A stretch of 64,000 bases of DNA. Origin: the human T2T-CHM13v2.0 reference genome, Homo sapiens. The notes beneath the pieces are model-generated. The model did not search any database and was not told where the DNA came from. It saw only the letters and a list, made by a program, of their open reading frames with translations. Below are positions 1 to 14,651 of the stretch, one piece after another (the first letter of the stretch is position 1; the number at the start of each line of letters is the position of its first letter). The position numbers and the translations under genes are program-made. The stretch lies in assembly GCF_009914755.1 (NCBI RefSeq), contig NC_060929.1. One strand, written 5' to 3'.

Positions 1-296
1 TGTAATCGGGAAAGAGGGAATAAAAACTAGTGAGTGAACCATACAATTCTGGGGAAAAAAATGGAGCTACAGCAGGAATATAATGAAGAATTTAGGAGAG
101 ATTAGAATAACTAAGTAGGTAGACAAGGAACTCAGTTCAGTAGCTACAGATGTCCAATAAACATTAACACAATTAAAAGAGGGTCCAACATTTCATTCCA
201 AGAATGATAAATCCACTAAATTTTTTTTGAAAACAAAGCAACTGTACCTCATGAAATCTAGGATACATTTGAGTATAAGATGTACTGTTATTTTTC

Positions 297-653
<357 letters not shown>

Positions 654-1089
654 TTATACCCTAGCACATTTTTTATAGCTCAGAATATTTAGATTTGGTT
701 AGACACAAAACATTATTTTTGTGCATGCATAAAAAGGAAAATGTAAGCAAAATAAATTAAGATATAATTAAAACTTCTTCCCATTCTGAGTCTAAGTCTT
801 CTGAACCACTTGACTCAAAGTCATCAGCATCTGTGATTTTCTATACAATTTGGCCCTTTTTACTATTAAGAACATTGGTGATGCAGCCTTTCTAGGAGTG
901 TGCTGCACTAATTATCTCCGAGATTTGCTTCTAAGCCACTGATATCTCTTCAACAGGTTTTGATATTGACACCTTGTTTATGTGTTCTTCACAGCAGGTA
1001 TCAATAGGAAGTTTTCAGTCAACCACAAGGTCTCATAATCCTTCCTGGAACTATTCTTGAATAGTTTGCCGTCTGAAATGTTGAGAGCT

Positions 1090-1121
1090 TGCCCCTTGGA
1101 TAACATGCCCCTTGGATAACA
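1090..1121. repeat. 16-bp perfect tandem duplication
   Basis: tgccccttggataaca x2. Confidence 0.9.
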
Positions 1122-1879
1122 ACCAAGTCAGTTCATGAGCAAGCAGTGGCAAACACTGTGTCCCACCAGCTCCTGACTGACTGAGACTACACGATACCAT
1201 TCATCATTAAGATGTACCTGGATTTCAAGCATGTTACTGTGAAAAATAAAATGGAGTCTTAGAAATGATGATATAAGTAGAATTTATTTTTTGTCTCTGA
1301 AAGACGAAACTCCTAATTTTTATAACCCCTACTATTTATAATAAAATACTGAAAAGAAATAGTTATTTTTAATCACACCAATAGGCCAAATCAATAGATC
1401 ATAATTATAGGAAAATTGGTCAGATATAGCTGGCTATTTGATTCATAAAGAACGCCTTATTTCTGAGAAAGGAAAAATATCTCATAACTAAAATTAATAT
1501 GAATGACTATGTGTAAAGGTTTTGAGATGGAAAACATCCAACATTGTGAGGAAAAGGAGTTCAACTAAGTGATCAATAACTTCAGTATGAATGCTTAGAT
1601 TGTGGAATCAAGTATTATGTTCCCCCCAAGTGTTAACTGTTGAAAACCTAGGTCTACAACTTTGGCTTGAATAAATTGGTATTTTTATCCTTTTGGGTTT
1701 AAAAATTACTGAAACCCTAGGAATTAAAAAAAAAATAGGATTTTCATGGCCTTATCCAGTGGTAAATGCTACTGCCTGGTACTCCATCTGAGAAGAAGGA
1801 GAAGGGCTTGAGGGAAGAGATCACTGATTGGCTGGTCCATGCAAAGTCCTTTAAATTTATTTCCCTAATTACAGCCCCA

Positions 1880-2176
1880 TGGTGTTATGCTGTTCCCTAT
1901 TCTTTTTCACTCCAAATTTGATACCTCCCTGGTACTCTGCCATTAAAATAGCTTTTGCCTCTCCTGCAGTCTTTTCCTATGGCTTTTCAGCATGTTCTAT
2001 CTCATCCAGTTTTTGCTGCAAAATTGCTAAAATCCTCTGGTCTACTGATGGCTCCCCTTTCCAGTCTCAGTGCTATTTAACATCCAGTCCCTCCTGTTCA
2101 TATTTCTGTTCTTTTAATGTGATTTTAGGAAAAAGGGACAGTGAATATGTACACAGTCTGCCATCTTGAACTAGAA
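1880..2176 (-). mobile_element. Old L1M/HAL1-type 5' end fragment
   Basis: cagtctgccatcttgaactagaa is the reverse of the caagatggc L1 start motif; left boundary approximate. Confidence 0.4.
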
Positions 2177-2975
2177 AACTCCAAAATTGAAAAAGATGAA
2201 TCAAATTGTACTTTCAAAGAAGTTAAGACTTTTTAAGTGTATGATTTAGATGTGCCTTAAATTTTATGATATAAGTGGTTTGTTGAATCTGCAGCTAGGT
2301 ATTATATTTAGGTTATGCTCTCATGTCATACAGATATAGTGGGTGCATGCATCAATTTTCCAAAAAGATTTGGATTTACTCTTTAGGTAATCTAAATTTA
2401 GTTTGAGACATCCCAGTTGTGTATCTCAAATTTAGAAAAATTTAGAGTTCCTAAGGAACAGATTATGTTTTAATTATTGCATTTCAGAGTCACAAAATAT
2501 TCAAAGTGATTTTTACCACTAGAATATGTTCCATAAGGAAATAAAATCTAAACTGAAGTACCATTCCTTCTGTTGCTAAGAGAAAAATGTTCTTAAAAGG
2601 CTTATCTAATAGATTTGGATTTACAGACTACTTTCTAAGCAGCTCACCTCACAGTCATCACTGACTTCCATAACTTAATATAAATAAAATCAGTTTCTTC
2701 ATAGATTATGGCTGTAAGATTTATTGGTGACTAAAGCATGTAATCTCCATAAATTAGCCAGTTCTGGGTTAGATTCTTCAAGGCCAAAGAGCTCACGTGA
2801 CATTTTTCATTTGGGTACAGAATGGCCATTTGGGCTTATAGGATCATTGAGTCTACATTTCTAGTAGTTGACACTGATCCATTCAAAGTCTATAAAATAT
2901 AGGAGATGCCTCACACACCTTCAAAGTTTTAAAATAAATAATTCAGACACCTCTATAATTTTTTGCCTGCAGGCT

Positions 2976-3160
2976 CTCTGAAACTAAGTGAAGGCAACTT
3001 TGGTCAGTACTTAAATGGGAAACAGTCAAATAAAGAATGAAGCAAAGGATGACTAACGTATCAGTAATTTCTTTTCTCCCTATATTTTTACGATATTCAT
3101 GGAATGATTTCTGGTGTGGGGTTAGTATTATTCTGCTGTTAAGAGGACTTTTTTAGGTAG
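2976..3160 (+). mobile_element. 5S rRNA-derived fossil (AmnSINE1-like or 5S pseudogene)
   Basis: 2976-3023 aligns ungapped to the 5S internal control region at 32/48 identity; the downstream part is only weakly similar. Confidence 0.45.
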
Positions 3161-3747
3161 GGGCATTTTTAGTTCATAAAGTAATAATGCAAAATAAAGC
3201 TGTTTGGGCACAAACTTATTTAACCTTTAAAGTTTGACTAAAATAACCTGCTAGGAATTAAAGGAAACATTTCTAAATGTTAGCAGAATGTCACATTTTT
3301 TTCCCAGAAATTCCATTTCAGCATATATATTTTTCATTTTCTCTTATTCTGTTCACAAGTCTCAGAGGAATAAGAAAGTAGATTAATGCATATTCCAAAC
3401 ATTTAAAATATAAAAGTACTATTTGTATGCACTGTTTACTTACATGTTTTTATATAGGTACAAATATAGTTCTTCAACAGTTGGGTAAGATTTTCATAAG
3501 TTGCAGAATGTAGTGTTTAGGTTGCTTCAAACTCTTTTTGCAGAGTTGTAGAGTATAAAGAAATAACTATGATAGTATTTGAGCTTTTATTTAGTAGGTC
3601 ATTATAATAAAGAAAATAAGCTGTACATATGTGCTATGTGATCATAGATTGGAATAAAGCAACATTAGCTACTTCCATCTTGCGTTTTACATTGCCTGCA
3701 TCTGATCACAGATGATAGAGAAATGACAGTGTTTCATTTTTCTTGCT

Positions 3748-4032
3748 GTTTTTTTTTCCTTTTTTTTTTTTGAGACAGCATTTCACTGTCACAGCTCACT
3801 GCAGCCTTGACCTCCTGGGCTCAATCTATCCTTCCACCTCAGCTTCCCGAGTAACTGGGAGTACAGGTGCACATGGCCACACCAGGCTAATTTTTGAATT
3901 ATTATTATTATTTTGTAGAGATGGGGTCTCCTCATGTTGCCCAGCTGATCTTGAACTCCTGCGGTCAAGCAATCCGCCCGCCTTCACCTCCCAAAATTCT
4001 TGGATCACAGGCATATGCCAACACACCTGGCC
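3748..4032 (-). mobile_element. AluJ with small internal deletion
   Basis: T tract, gctcactgcagccttgacctcctgggctcaa, ends cctggcc. Confidence 0.9.
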
Positions 4033-4214
4033 TGTTGTTTTTTCAGTGTCATGTATCCAGTTATATTTTCAATGTTCCTTAATCTTATGTATAAATCTTA
4101 TGGGAATAATATCATCAAATAAACATTTGGTGCCTTACAATGGATTGGTCTGGTGTGGTGGGCTAGCAGGAGTTCTCCACTCATTCTCATAGTTCCAATC
4201 ATACGTTTAGTCCT

Positions 4215-5160
4215 CAATCCCATCTGCAAACCTGACATTTCTTTTGAGCTTCAAATTTCTAAGTCAAAATGCCTATTCAACTGTCTTAAAATCTGAGAGA
4301 TGGTTCAAAATTCTGCTTGTTTTAGGACTCAGCTAACTAGAGGGATTTGGGAAATGCAGTCTACCGGCATGCTGAGGCAGAAGGGGCGCATGGATTCAGT
4401 GGATGGGAACCTGCCTTAGACACAGAGATCTACCTTCTATGACCTTAAGCCTGGTTACTCATTTCCCTTTGTTTTCTTACTTTTCAAAGTCAGAAGTCTT
4501 GGATAAATTATCAATTATTTCTGTTCTTTCTACCATTATTCTCAATTGGTTACCAAATCCCACCGATTCTATCTTTCTAATTGAGTTTCTCTCTGTTCCA
4601 CCATTTCATTATTTCTTGTGTGATTGATTGCCTCATTCCTACCCTCTATCCACCCTGGGCTTTCTCCACACTGTTGAAACTGTTATATTACTCAAAAACA
4701 TAATCTTACTTCACTTGTGTTAAGAAAAAAACCTCCTGGCTCACTGCAAGTGCAAAATTCAAACAACCGTAATTTGATATGCACTGCTCCTTGCAATCTG
4801 GATTTATCAGCTTCTACAGCTCACCTGTCACCTCCCACTTGTGCTCCAGTAACACTGAACTCTATTTATTTACCAAATATATTATGCCTTGTGTGCCTTT
4901 ATGAGTGCTGTTTCTTCCGCCAGCAGTGCTTATCTCTTATTTCTTCCAAGTGGACAAATACCTACTTGTCCTTATACTTGGCTCAAATGTTGGCAAGGAT
5001 TCTCCTATGTTCCTTTGTAGTTATTATATTTTTCATGCTTTTATGAATAACACTGATGATATCATTTGCCAGTTTGTATGTATGTACATTATGTTAGCAC
5101 TTAGCACAGTACCTGGAACATTATAGATGCTCAGCAAAAGTTTATAAAATTAATAAATGA
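4215..5160 (+). mobile_element. L2 fragments ending in an L2 3' terminus
   Basis: ttagcacagtacctggaacattatagatgctcagcaaaag...aataaatga; boundaries approximate. Confidence 0.55.
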
Positions 5161-5171
5161 CCTTAAATTGG

Positions 5172-5537
5172 TGTATTAGTCTTTTCTCACACTGCTGATA
5201 AAGACATACCCAAGACTGGGCAATTTATAAAGAAAAAGAGGTTTAATGGACTCACACAGTTCCACGTTCCTGAGGAGGCCTCACAATCATGGCGGAAGGT
5301 GAAAAAGGCACATCTTACATGGTGGCAGGCAAGAGAGAATGAAAACCAAGTGAAAGCGGAAAGCCCTTATAAAACCATCAGATCTCATGAGACTTATTCA
5401 TTGCCATCAGAACAGCATGGGGGAAACTGCCCCCATGATTCAGTTATCTCCCACTGCATCCCTCCCACAACATACGGAAATTATGGGAGCTATAATTCAA
5501 GATGAGATTTGGGTGGGGGCACAGCCAAACCATATCA
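5172..5537 (-). mobile_element. THE1 (B-like) solo LTR
   Basis: tgtattagt...ccaaaccatatca termini; 5-bp TSD attgg. Confidence 0.95.
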
Positions 5538-6689
5538 ATTGGTATTGTCATTAACTCGTCATCATTAGTAGTACTTGTACAGCTATCCTAGGCCTTTATT
5601 TAAGACAGTTAGAGGTTTAAATAGAATTCTTACTTTTTAATTCTATTTCTTTACTTATTTCCCCTACACTCAATTTCTGATATAAGAGGCAACAATATTT
5701 AGTGCTAGAGTTTAACTGTGACCCACTCCCAAGTCACATGACCTCCTAGAAAGGGTGATTACTGAGAAGACCTGTGATTGAACCAATTGGGGGTCTGCCA
5801 GTAACCTTGGCCATGCTACACATTCCTGTGATTTAGGGCAGTAACAATCAATGTGGCCTCCAGTCATGTCTTTCTATGTACTGGAAATAGAAATGTGTTA
5901 AAAGGGGAATTTTTTAAAAATTTGAGGCATGATGATTAGGATTGACTTGTTTAGGCCACCTTGTCTCAGCTATTTGAAGCTTGCAAAGCCCTAGTTCTTT
6001 TTCTTCAAATAGGATCAAAAGGCACATGGGGACTCTATTCATACTTCTGAATGGAAACATACTTCTAGTTGGTGAGACCTTGTCTTTGAATATTCACTAT
6101 TCAACAGCAATTTTAAAAGACTGTGAAGAATATCCTCTTCCTAAGAGCCACAGTTTTCTGCTTCCTATACTGGTCCTCGTTAAACCTCTGAATTCCTGGA
6201 TCCTGGGCCCTGAATTTCTAGTTTTACTTTCCTGACTTTATTGACTTCCTAGGATTTTTAGATTTATATTATCTATCTAGTTTTTTGCTTTACTGGGCTT
6301 TATCCCAGGACTCTTATTTCCTGCTATTATGCAGATTTTCGAAATACCTGTAGTAACCTATCTGTAGTTACCTGTAAGTAACTCTGCTCTTCACTCCACT
6401 AAAATAGAGTGTCTCAAAAGGATATTTTAAGCTGATAAGATCCAAATATAAAGAAAGACGGAAATACATGGAATTGTCTGGGGCCAAGAAATACTTGATA
6501 ATTTTTGCCAGTAAAGTAAGAGTTGCCATAGTTCCCTTGGCTTTAGGGCATTGGCTAGAACATAGAGTACTTGCCCCTAGAGATAAGGCAATTTATTTAA
6601 ACTATGAAACATTATTTTATTAAAAGTGAATATACAAAATAACTCAGAAATACATGATCATATTTTGTCTGTGGAGTACAAGCATTTAT

Positions 6690-7265
6690 TTGTCTGCTGA
6701 TTACTTCTTTGGGGGAACTACCCATCCTTCATTCTTGGTCAGTATGCCCAAAAGCACTAAAGTAACCATGGCTCCAGGGGTGGGCATGTGATCCAAATTT
6801 TGCTAATTATTATTAGACATCCTTGGAGGGATCACTTGATTCAGAGGTGAGCATATTACTCAAGCTTGCCAAATCTAAGTCAGTTTTGAGAATTTAGCAA
6901 AAATTACTGGGAAAGAGGCATTTCCTTTCCATTTGAGTTACTGAACTGATAGAAAGTAACTGATAAACTCTTTGAGTTATTAATGGCCGTTCCTACCCTC
7001 TGCATCGGGAAGGCATATTTGACAATAAAGCTGATACAGAAGAAAACAGATTTAAGACGTGGAGAAACAGTGTTCTGATGAATTTATTAGAGCAAATTGA
7101 TTCAACACCCAATTTAGTCATGTGAGGAAATGAGTTCTTTTTTGTTTTATGCTGGTTTGAGTTAGGTTTTTGTCCCCTGTAACTGAGGAAATGAGTTCTT
7201 TTTTGTTTTATGCTGGTTTGAGTTAGGTTTTTGTCCCCTGTAACTGAAAGGAGCTTGGCTAATTA
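6690..7265 (+). mobile_element. Old MaLR/ERVL LTR (MLT1K/L-like)
   Basis: ggctccaggggtgggcatgtga and 3' ggtttgagttaggtttttgtc...gtaactgaaag motifs. Confidence 0.55.
7123..7247. repeat. 61-bp perfect tandem duplication
   Basis: Units start at 7123 and 7184 and are identical; tga microhomology at the junctions. Confidence 0.95.
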
Positions 7266-7419
7266 AGTCAGGAATTTGCATATAGCTTTTAGATATAAAT
7301 TAAATAGTTTTGTAATTGATATGCTTACTTTTCTTGTTGGAAATAGTGTAAGGCTTTACATCAATTTTTCTTGTTTTCCTTATATAATGTGACATCCTCC
7401 TGAGAAGACATCATCTTTC

Positions 7420-7981
<562 letters not shown>

Positions 7982-10639
7982 CGAAGACATCGTCTTTCCA
8001 ACAATGCAGCTGGCTACATCTTGATTTTTAAAAATGTGGTAGTACCTAGAAAAATTGGAAAATACATTAATTACCTTGTTGTTACTCAGGCTCTGTAGAT
8101 CATAAGCACTTATTTCTTAAATATTATGGAGAAATAACTTTTTTCTTTCTCCTTATTTTCTGTGATTGCAGTAGATAGTTAATGATTTTCTTAGAATGTT
8201 CCCAAACAGGAAACTTGTCTAAATCCATTTAAAGTTTCATGGGGCTTGATATAATATATAATCTAAATCAGCCAAATCTTTACTGAAGGATTTTCTGCTT
8301 TCTGTGTCGTGAGAATTTTCATCCCACTCTTTGACCCATCACTGAACTTGAGGTTGCACAAGGGCCATTTCTTAAGTGAGCTCTTGTCTTTTCAGATTTG
8401 TAAGTCTGCTTTTTGCATTTCTCTGTTGTCTTATGGAAATATGGACTTGTCTCTGAGTAAATTTCCAGAATGAAGGAGAGCTTGGAAAACATCTCATTAT
8501 CACAAAAATACAGTTTCTTATAAGTTCTATTCCATATGTAAATGCCCACTCATTTGAGTTTCTTTTCAATGTTTGCCATTTTAGTTTGTATACATCTACA
8601 TATTTGTATATAAATTATTCTATGCAATTGCACATTTTAGGAGAAACTATTATGGGGGTGGGAAACATTATGCTAAATAATTATCATTTTTACTATTTGA
8701 AAGAATGTTTTTCCTTTTCTATTTTAAAAACACTACCCTTTTTCAGCTTATGTAGCAGTGACATTGAAAGTTCTACAGTTCAGAATCCTGCAATTCAAAT
8801 AACATTTTTTATTCTTGAATAATTAAAGTTCATTGTAATTGGAGATTTCTGTAGAAGCTGTTCAGCATATTTCCATAGTCTCTCTACCTTGTCTATTCAA
8901 TTGGTAAGTTACTGTTTCCAAACTTCTCCAAGAGAAATGCACCTAACAGCTTGTGATGCAAATTATGCATATACAGGATTATATATTTATACACATAGAG
9001 AATTATTCGTAGTGGCACTTGTGTATGAAAATGATTCTTCCTATCATCTGCTTCCTATCTGCTTCCTATCTGATCACATTACACCACTGCTTAAAACCAT
9101 GAATGACACTGCGTTGTCTGAATAAGTTCAAACCCCATACATGCTAATACGCCTTATCTCTTGTATTCCTTGATTCAAATCCCGGTAACGTATCCCAGGC
9201 TCTCAGGTAGTTTCAGGTTGCTGGGCTTTTGCACAGGCTGTTGTCTCAGCCAACAGTGTTCTCTCTGCCTGCTTTTGTCCCTGGCAAACTTGTCTCAGAT
9301 GAAGTGTAGCATAATCTTAGCTGGAGCCTTTATCAACTGCCCTAAGTAGAATCTATTTCTTGTTAGAAACAGTGTAAGTCTTTAAATAAATTTTTCTTAG
9401 GTGCTCTTTTCCTCTTTGTTCCTGGCATACTTTTAGTGTATGATTACATAGTAATTATAGTACAGTATTCATATTTGTTGAAAGTAATATCAATATGGTA
9501 GACTATGAACAGAGGCAAATTTTCTCCATTCTTACTTTGCTGAATCTTAAGGCAGGATGGCTTTGATTAAGGAGTCATTATTTTTTTCCTCAACTGGTGG
9601 AAGTAGAATACATTGTGCAATGAATATGCTTCCAAACTCAGAAGTCTTTTACAGTGCTTACTTTAAACAAGCAGAGTTTTACAGTTTTATTGATTGGGAT
9701 CCATTGACTCCTTTGTGATTCACTCACTTGTACTTCAAGGACTTTCTATCAAATAATATTCTACTTTAACCCATAATATGCAACCACAGGACAGATGCAT
9801 TAATTATTTGTATCTAAGTTCAAGGACTTGGTGTAGGTGTAAGACAGAAAAATTTGAGGTGATGTGATTGGAGGGAGGCTGGAATCAGTCTTTCTGTATC
9901 CTGCTGCAAAGTATCTGCCCCTGCTGAAGATAAGAGCTGAGTTCGTGCAGAGTCAGTACTGAAATGATTCCATTTTCTGCTTGGGATGCAACAATCTAAA
10001 ACCTGAATTATGGCAGCTGTCCTTTTCCTTGATGTAGGCCGTGACTGGCCACAGGATACAGCCACCACATTGTGTATTGGTGTCTCCTATGCTCTGAGCA
10101 TGCACAACCAAATCTGAGTCAAACCACATGAACAAGAGACCTCTCTTTAAGGGCCCAGAACACTAGAAAGCCTCCAGAATAGAGGGTGGGTCTGGGATAC
10201 AGGAACAATAGCCTGTACAATATCCAGCAGTGATGTTGAGGGGGAAGAACACCAGATTATCCCTTCAATGTTGCTAGGTGGTTAAAAAGTATCATAATAT
10301 GTCAATAAAACTGGAAATGACCAGATAGGATCAGACACCTCATGGGATAAAGAGCAAAAGTAGCAAGCCCTCCTGAGTATATTTCCTCTCACCCTCTCAG
10401 TTTTGCATGAGTAGTATGTTGAGAGAATGATGAAATTGGTGGGAGGAGACTAGAGAAGTCATTGCAATTTGGCAATTGGTCTGAAAACGTGGCCTGACTC
10501 TTAGATATAAATGATAATAAAATCTCCTAAGATTATGTAGGCCACATGTCTCTGCCTTCCCGATCTTCATTTCTATTATCCTAAGACCCAGAGGCCTGAC
10601 TACGGAGGGAAATGAGTCCTCATTAGTGGTAAGAATATT

Positions 10640-10796
10640 GTATTTGTGTGTTACATGTCTTTTAAATGTCTTTTTCCCCTTTCCATATGAACATTTTGAT
10701 GCCCATACTTAGTATTTTCATTTCGGTATCTTCAGCGTCCCTTAGAACATAATGCCTAGGTCTGCATTAAATAAATGCATGCGAATGAATGAATGG
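10640..10796 (+). mobile_element. L2 3' end fragment
   Basis: cttagaacataatgcctagg...ataaatgcatgcgaatgaatgaatg. Confidence 0.5.
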
Positions 10797-11408
10797 TGTT
10801 GCATTGTTTCCTTTGATGAAAAACATGCGTCTTATGGGACTGCTGGTCTGCTTATTTGTATTAAATTTATAACCTCCATGAGCATGGCACTCTGGAAATG
10901 TTCCTACATGAATGTGTCCACCTTTAACTTTTGTTCAAAATCCTTTTGAAGTTGTAAACTGACAAATCAATGGAGTCTATGAATGCCATTATTTTCAGCA
11001 TTCACTCATTTTAGAAGAAAAGGAAACTTCCTTTCCTCACCTCCCACAGCCTGAAGAAAGTTTCCTTTTTGAGAGCAAAATTACCATTTGTTTAAAGCTT
11101 TCTCTTCAATTATAGCAATTTCCACATGTTTTAAAACTATTCTCAGCAAAAGAAAAATCAACATTATGTGCTTTTGAAACATAGGCTAATCTGGTAGACA
11201 TCAGTTTGAAAGAGTCATGGCTGAAACAAGTGACTTGGAAGATTTTCATTGTATGCTCTTAGCCCATGTTGTCTGTGAACTCAGAAGCAGGACAAATTGA
11301 ACTTTTTTTTTTTTTGTGAAGATAAATTGATGCACAAGGGGAATCTTGAAATGCACTATTAAAAAGCTCAACTACTTAAGGATAAGACAACATGTAGCTG
11401 AACTTTTT

Positions 11409-11448
11409 CATATATATATATGTATATATATATACACACACATATATG
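11409..11448. repeat. (TA)n/(CA)n microsatellite
   Basis: Seen directly. Confidence 0.85.
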
Positions 11449-12721
11449 TTTTTTATGTTTCATAGGCTTCAGTTAGGAGGACAGTACAGAGCCTCCACTG
11501 CAATCAACCAGCTGTGGCCTGCCAATTCTAGTTCCTGACAGGTAGCAAGCTGGATTCTTGGCTGTAAAGAATCTCAAGCAGTTTCGATATGCTCTAGGGA
11601 GGGCAACTGTTTAGCCTAAGCAATTCAAAGAAGCATAATTGTGCTTCACAGTACACAGAAAGTCACCACATCTGTTTCGTATTTTTGGCTTTTAGAACTG
11701 AACTAGAACAGAGAAATAAACATACAGCTTTGAATATAGAGTAAAAACAAGTTCATGGTGCACAGATGAGCATATTGTATGTAACTCAGTGAAAATTTCC
11801 TTAATGAGGGTTTCTTTTGGTAAAGTGAGAAATATTTCTGGTGTTAATCAAGGTTTTTTAAAAAAAGATTTAATAGAAAATATTGTCTATTTAAATGTCA
11901 AGACAGCCTATCATTCCTCCTTAAATCTATTATAGTCAATTGTTGAGATGTCGCAGCGGTGTTCATGTGACCTATTGCAAATATTTGGGGTGTCATCTGC
12001 TCTGCATTAGCCTTTCTAGTGATAGTTATTTTAAAAAAATAATTTGGATGTAGTAGGCTAAAAACATTCAAGGCAATGAATTAGAACTTCATTAACCACT
12101 TTCATCTTTTATTTTGGTTCAAATGTAAATGCAGTCATTTCATATCTAAGTGTATATAATATGTGATGACTGTCTTTTAAAAATGTAATCTAGCAGAAAA
12201 TACATCTTAATTTGAATGTAACACTGCTTTAAATATAATTTTAATATTCTTCAGCATCTGGCGTCTCAAAGAATGGGGTCATTTGAGGTTAAGAAACTTT
12301 TCCCTAGAAATAATAATAATAATAATGATCTTCAGACAAACAGTGAAAAAGGCAAGTTCTTATCAAAACAGTCAGACACCATGGAAAGATGGGAAGAAAG
12401 AAACTAACGTATGGAGGTTTTTCTTTTACTAGGGGGCATCACATGATGATACTTATATATTTCCTACAATTCTCTTATAGATAACTGTCATGTAGATAAC
12501 ATTTTGAGATTTTATGGACGAAAAACCTGGCATGAAATAATAAGTTTAAATTAGGTCAGCCCTGATTGTATTCAGGTTTCTCTTTTATTCCCTTTTCTTT
12601 CAATTTGCAATTGTTTTTTAATGTCTGTGTCCCCAGCAGTCTGTAAGCTCCATGAGGTCAAAGACTATGCCTGTCCTCTGTTATATACCCAGTGATCAGC
12701 ACATATATGAATAGCAGCGAA

Positions 12722-12936
12722 TTGATATTTATTAAACAGTTAAGAGATGCCTGGCACTGTTCTAAACAACTTAGATATATTGACTCATTTAATACTCCCA
12801 ACAGTATTATGAGTGGATTACTATTATCTCCACTTTATACATGAGTAAAAAGAAGCACAGAAAAGTTAGGTAACTTGCCAAAGTCACACAGCTAGTAGAT
12901 AGCAGAAGCAGGATTTAAACCTAGGCAGTCTGACTC
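12722..12936 (-). mobile_element. MIR
   Basis: Core gttaggtaacttgccaaagtcacacagctagt...ggatttaaacctaggcagtctgactc. Confidence 0.85.
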
Positions 12937-13158
12937 TATCTCAATAGACGTTTTTAATTATTAAATTAACTCTTGTCAAAGTAATAAATTCTCTGAAATC
13001 AATCAAGATTGAAAAAGACCTATAGAGAAAATTACTCACTTAGATGTTAAGGTAGCCATTACCTCTTGTCGTAGTACTTATTCATTTAACAAAAATGCAT
13101 TGAATGCATCTTATGTGCAATTGTGCTAAGTACCTTCTTAGATTACCTTACAGGAATC

Positions 13159-13161
<3 letters not shown>

Positions 13162-13213
<52 letters not shown>

Positions 13214-13215
13214 TG
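13162..13215. repeat. (TG)n microsatellite
   Basis: About 27 units with one interruption. Confidence 0.97.
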
Positions 13216-13267
13216 AATCTTATTCTCTCTGTTTTACAGATGAGGAAACTGAGCCTTCAAAAGGTTA

Positions 13268-13646
<379 letters not shown>

Positions 13647-13814
13647 TCATGATACAGTGATAAAACCTTTCTCTATTTTCTGATTACTAACACAATAGAG
13701 GTCGATCTTAATAGCTAACATGTGGTGACACGTGGAAAGATATTAATCTCCTTGATTTTTGGCTTGTTTTATTCTTATTTAATGATTTGGGCTTTGTGAG
13801 TAACTTGGGTCTGT

Positions 13815-13923
13815 TTTTTCCTTGCTTTGAAGGAAATGCAGGCAGGGCAGATACTCACCCTTGTAGCTGATTTAGGCTGACAGGAGTTTAGTGTAGCCGT
13901 GAAGTTATGGACCAAGAGTCTTC
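13815..13923 (+). repeat. Donor copy of a dispersed ~105-bp duplication (partner at 14873-14977)
   Basis: 9 substitutions and one 4-nt gap between the two copies. Confidence 0.92.
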
Positions 13924-14609
13924 CTGATTCTGTGTTGCAAGCCAGAAAGAATAAATTATTCTCTTCCCCTTTTCTGTCATTTTAAATCTGTAAAGGATTG
14001 TGTGCTATAAAAACTTGAAACTTGCTCTTCTATTGTTAATATATGATTTTTTTATAGGCTGTCAGAGATTAGAAAGAGGGGCTGCATAGTTCAAGTGTTA
14101 TTTTCAATCAGGTAGCTATAACACATTTTATATCAGAAATCTGATGAGCATTTATTAATTACAGCGATCATATAATCTTTCAAATGCAAATAATCTGACT
14201 CAGATTTCAGTTTGTTTGGTACCAACTGATGATTAAAGAATGGTATAGCTTTATAGTTGTTTTACTCCCATCTGTGTGCACCAGGCAATCACCACTTACA
14301 GATGGTTGTGATTCAGAGACAGGTTGCCACATGCGAAAAAAGTATGTTTCAGTTATTTTAATAAGATTTATTGCAGTAGTCACAGTTAAATGCTTAAACT
14401 TTAATGATAATTGTTGTTAATCTTTCAGGAAAACGATTAGAGTTTAATAAACCTCAAGAAGGATATTTTGCTGTAAACGTCAGCAAAATTGCAAAGGGAA
14501 ATTTTATGTTTATTTCCTCATCTAATAAATTAGAACTCTGAGTATACCTTTTTCCATAGAAACTGTAACTTGTAGACAGGTATATACGCTAGCATATGTG
14601 CCCGTGCAT

Positions 14610-14610
<1 letters not shown>

Positions 14611-14649
<39 letters not shown>
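14611..14649. repeat. (CA)n microsatellite
   Basis: Seen directly. Confidence 0.97.

Positions 14650-14651
<2 letters not shown>

Noticed and set aside
8319-8569. Hydrophilic minus-strand ORFs as a possible exon
   Set aside because: No recognisable protein similarity and no convincing pair of splice sites.
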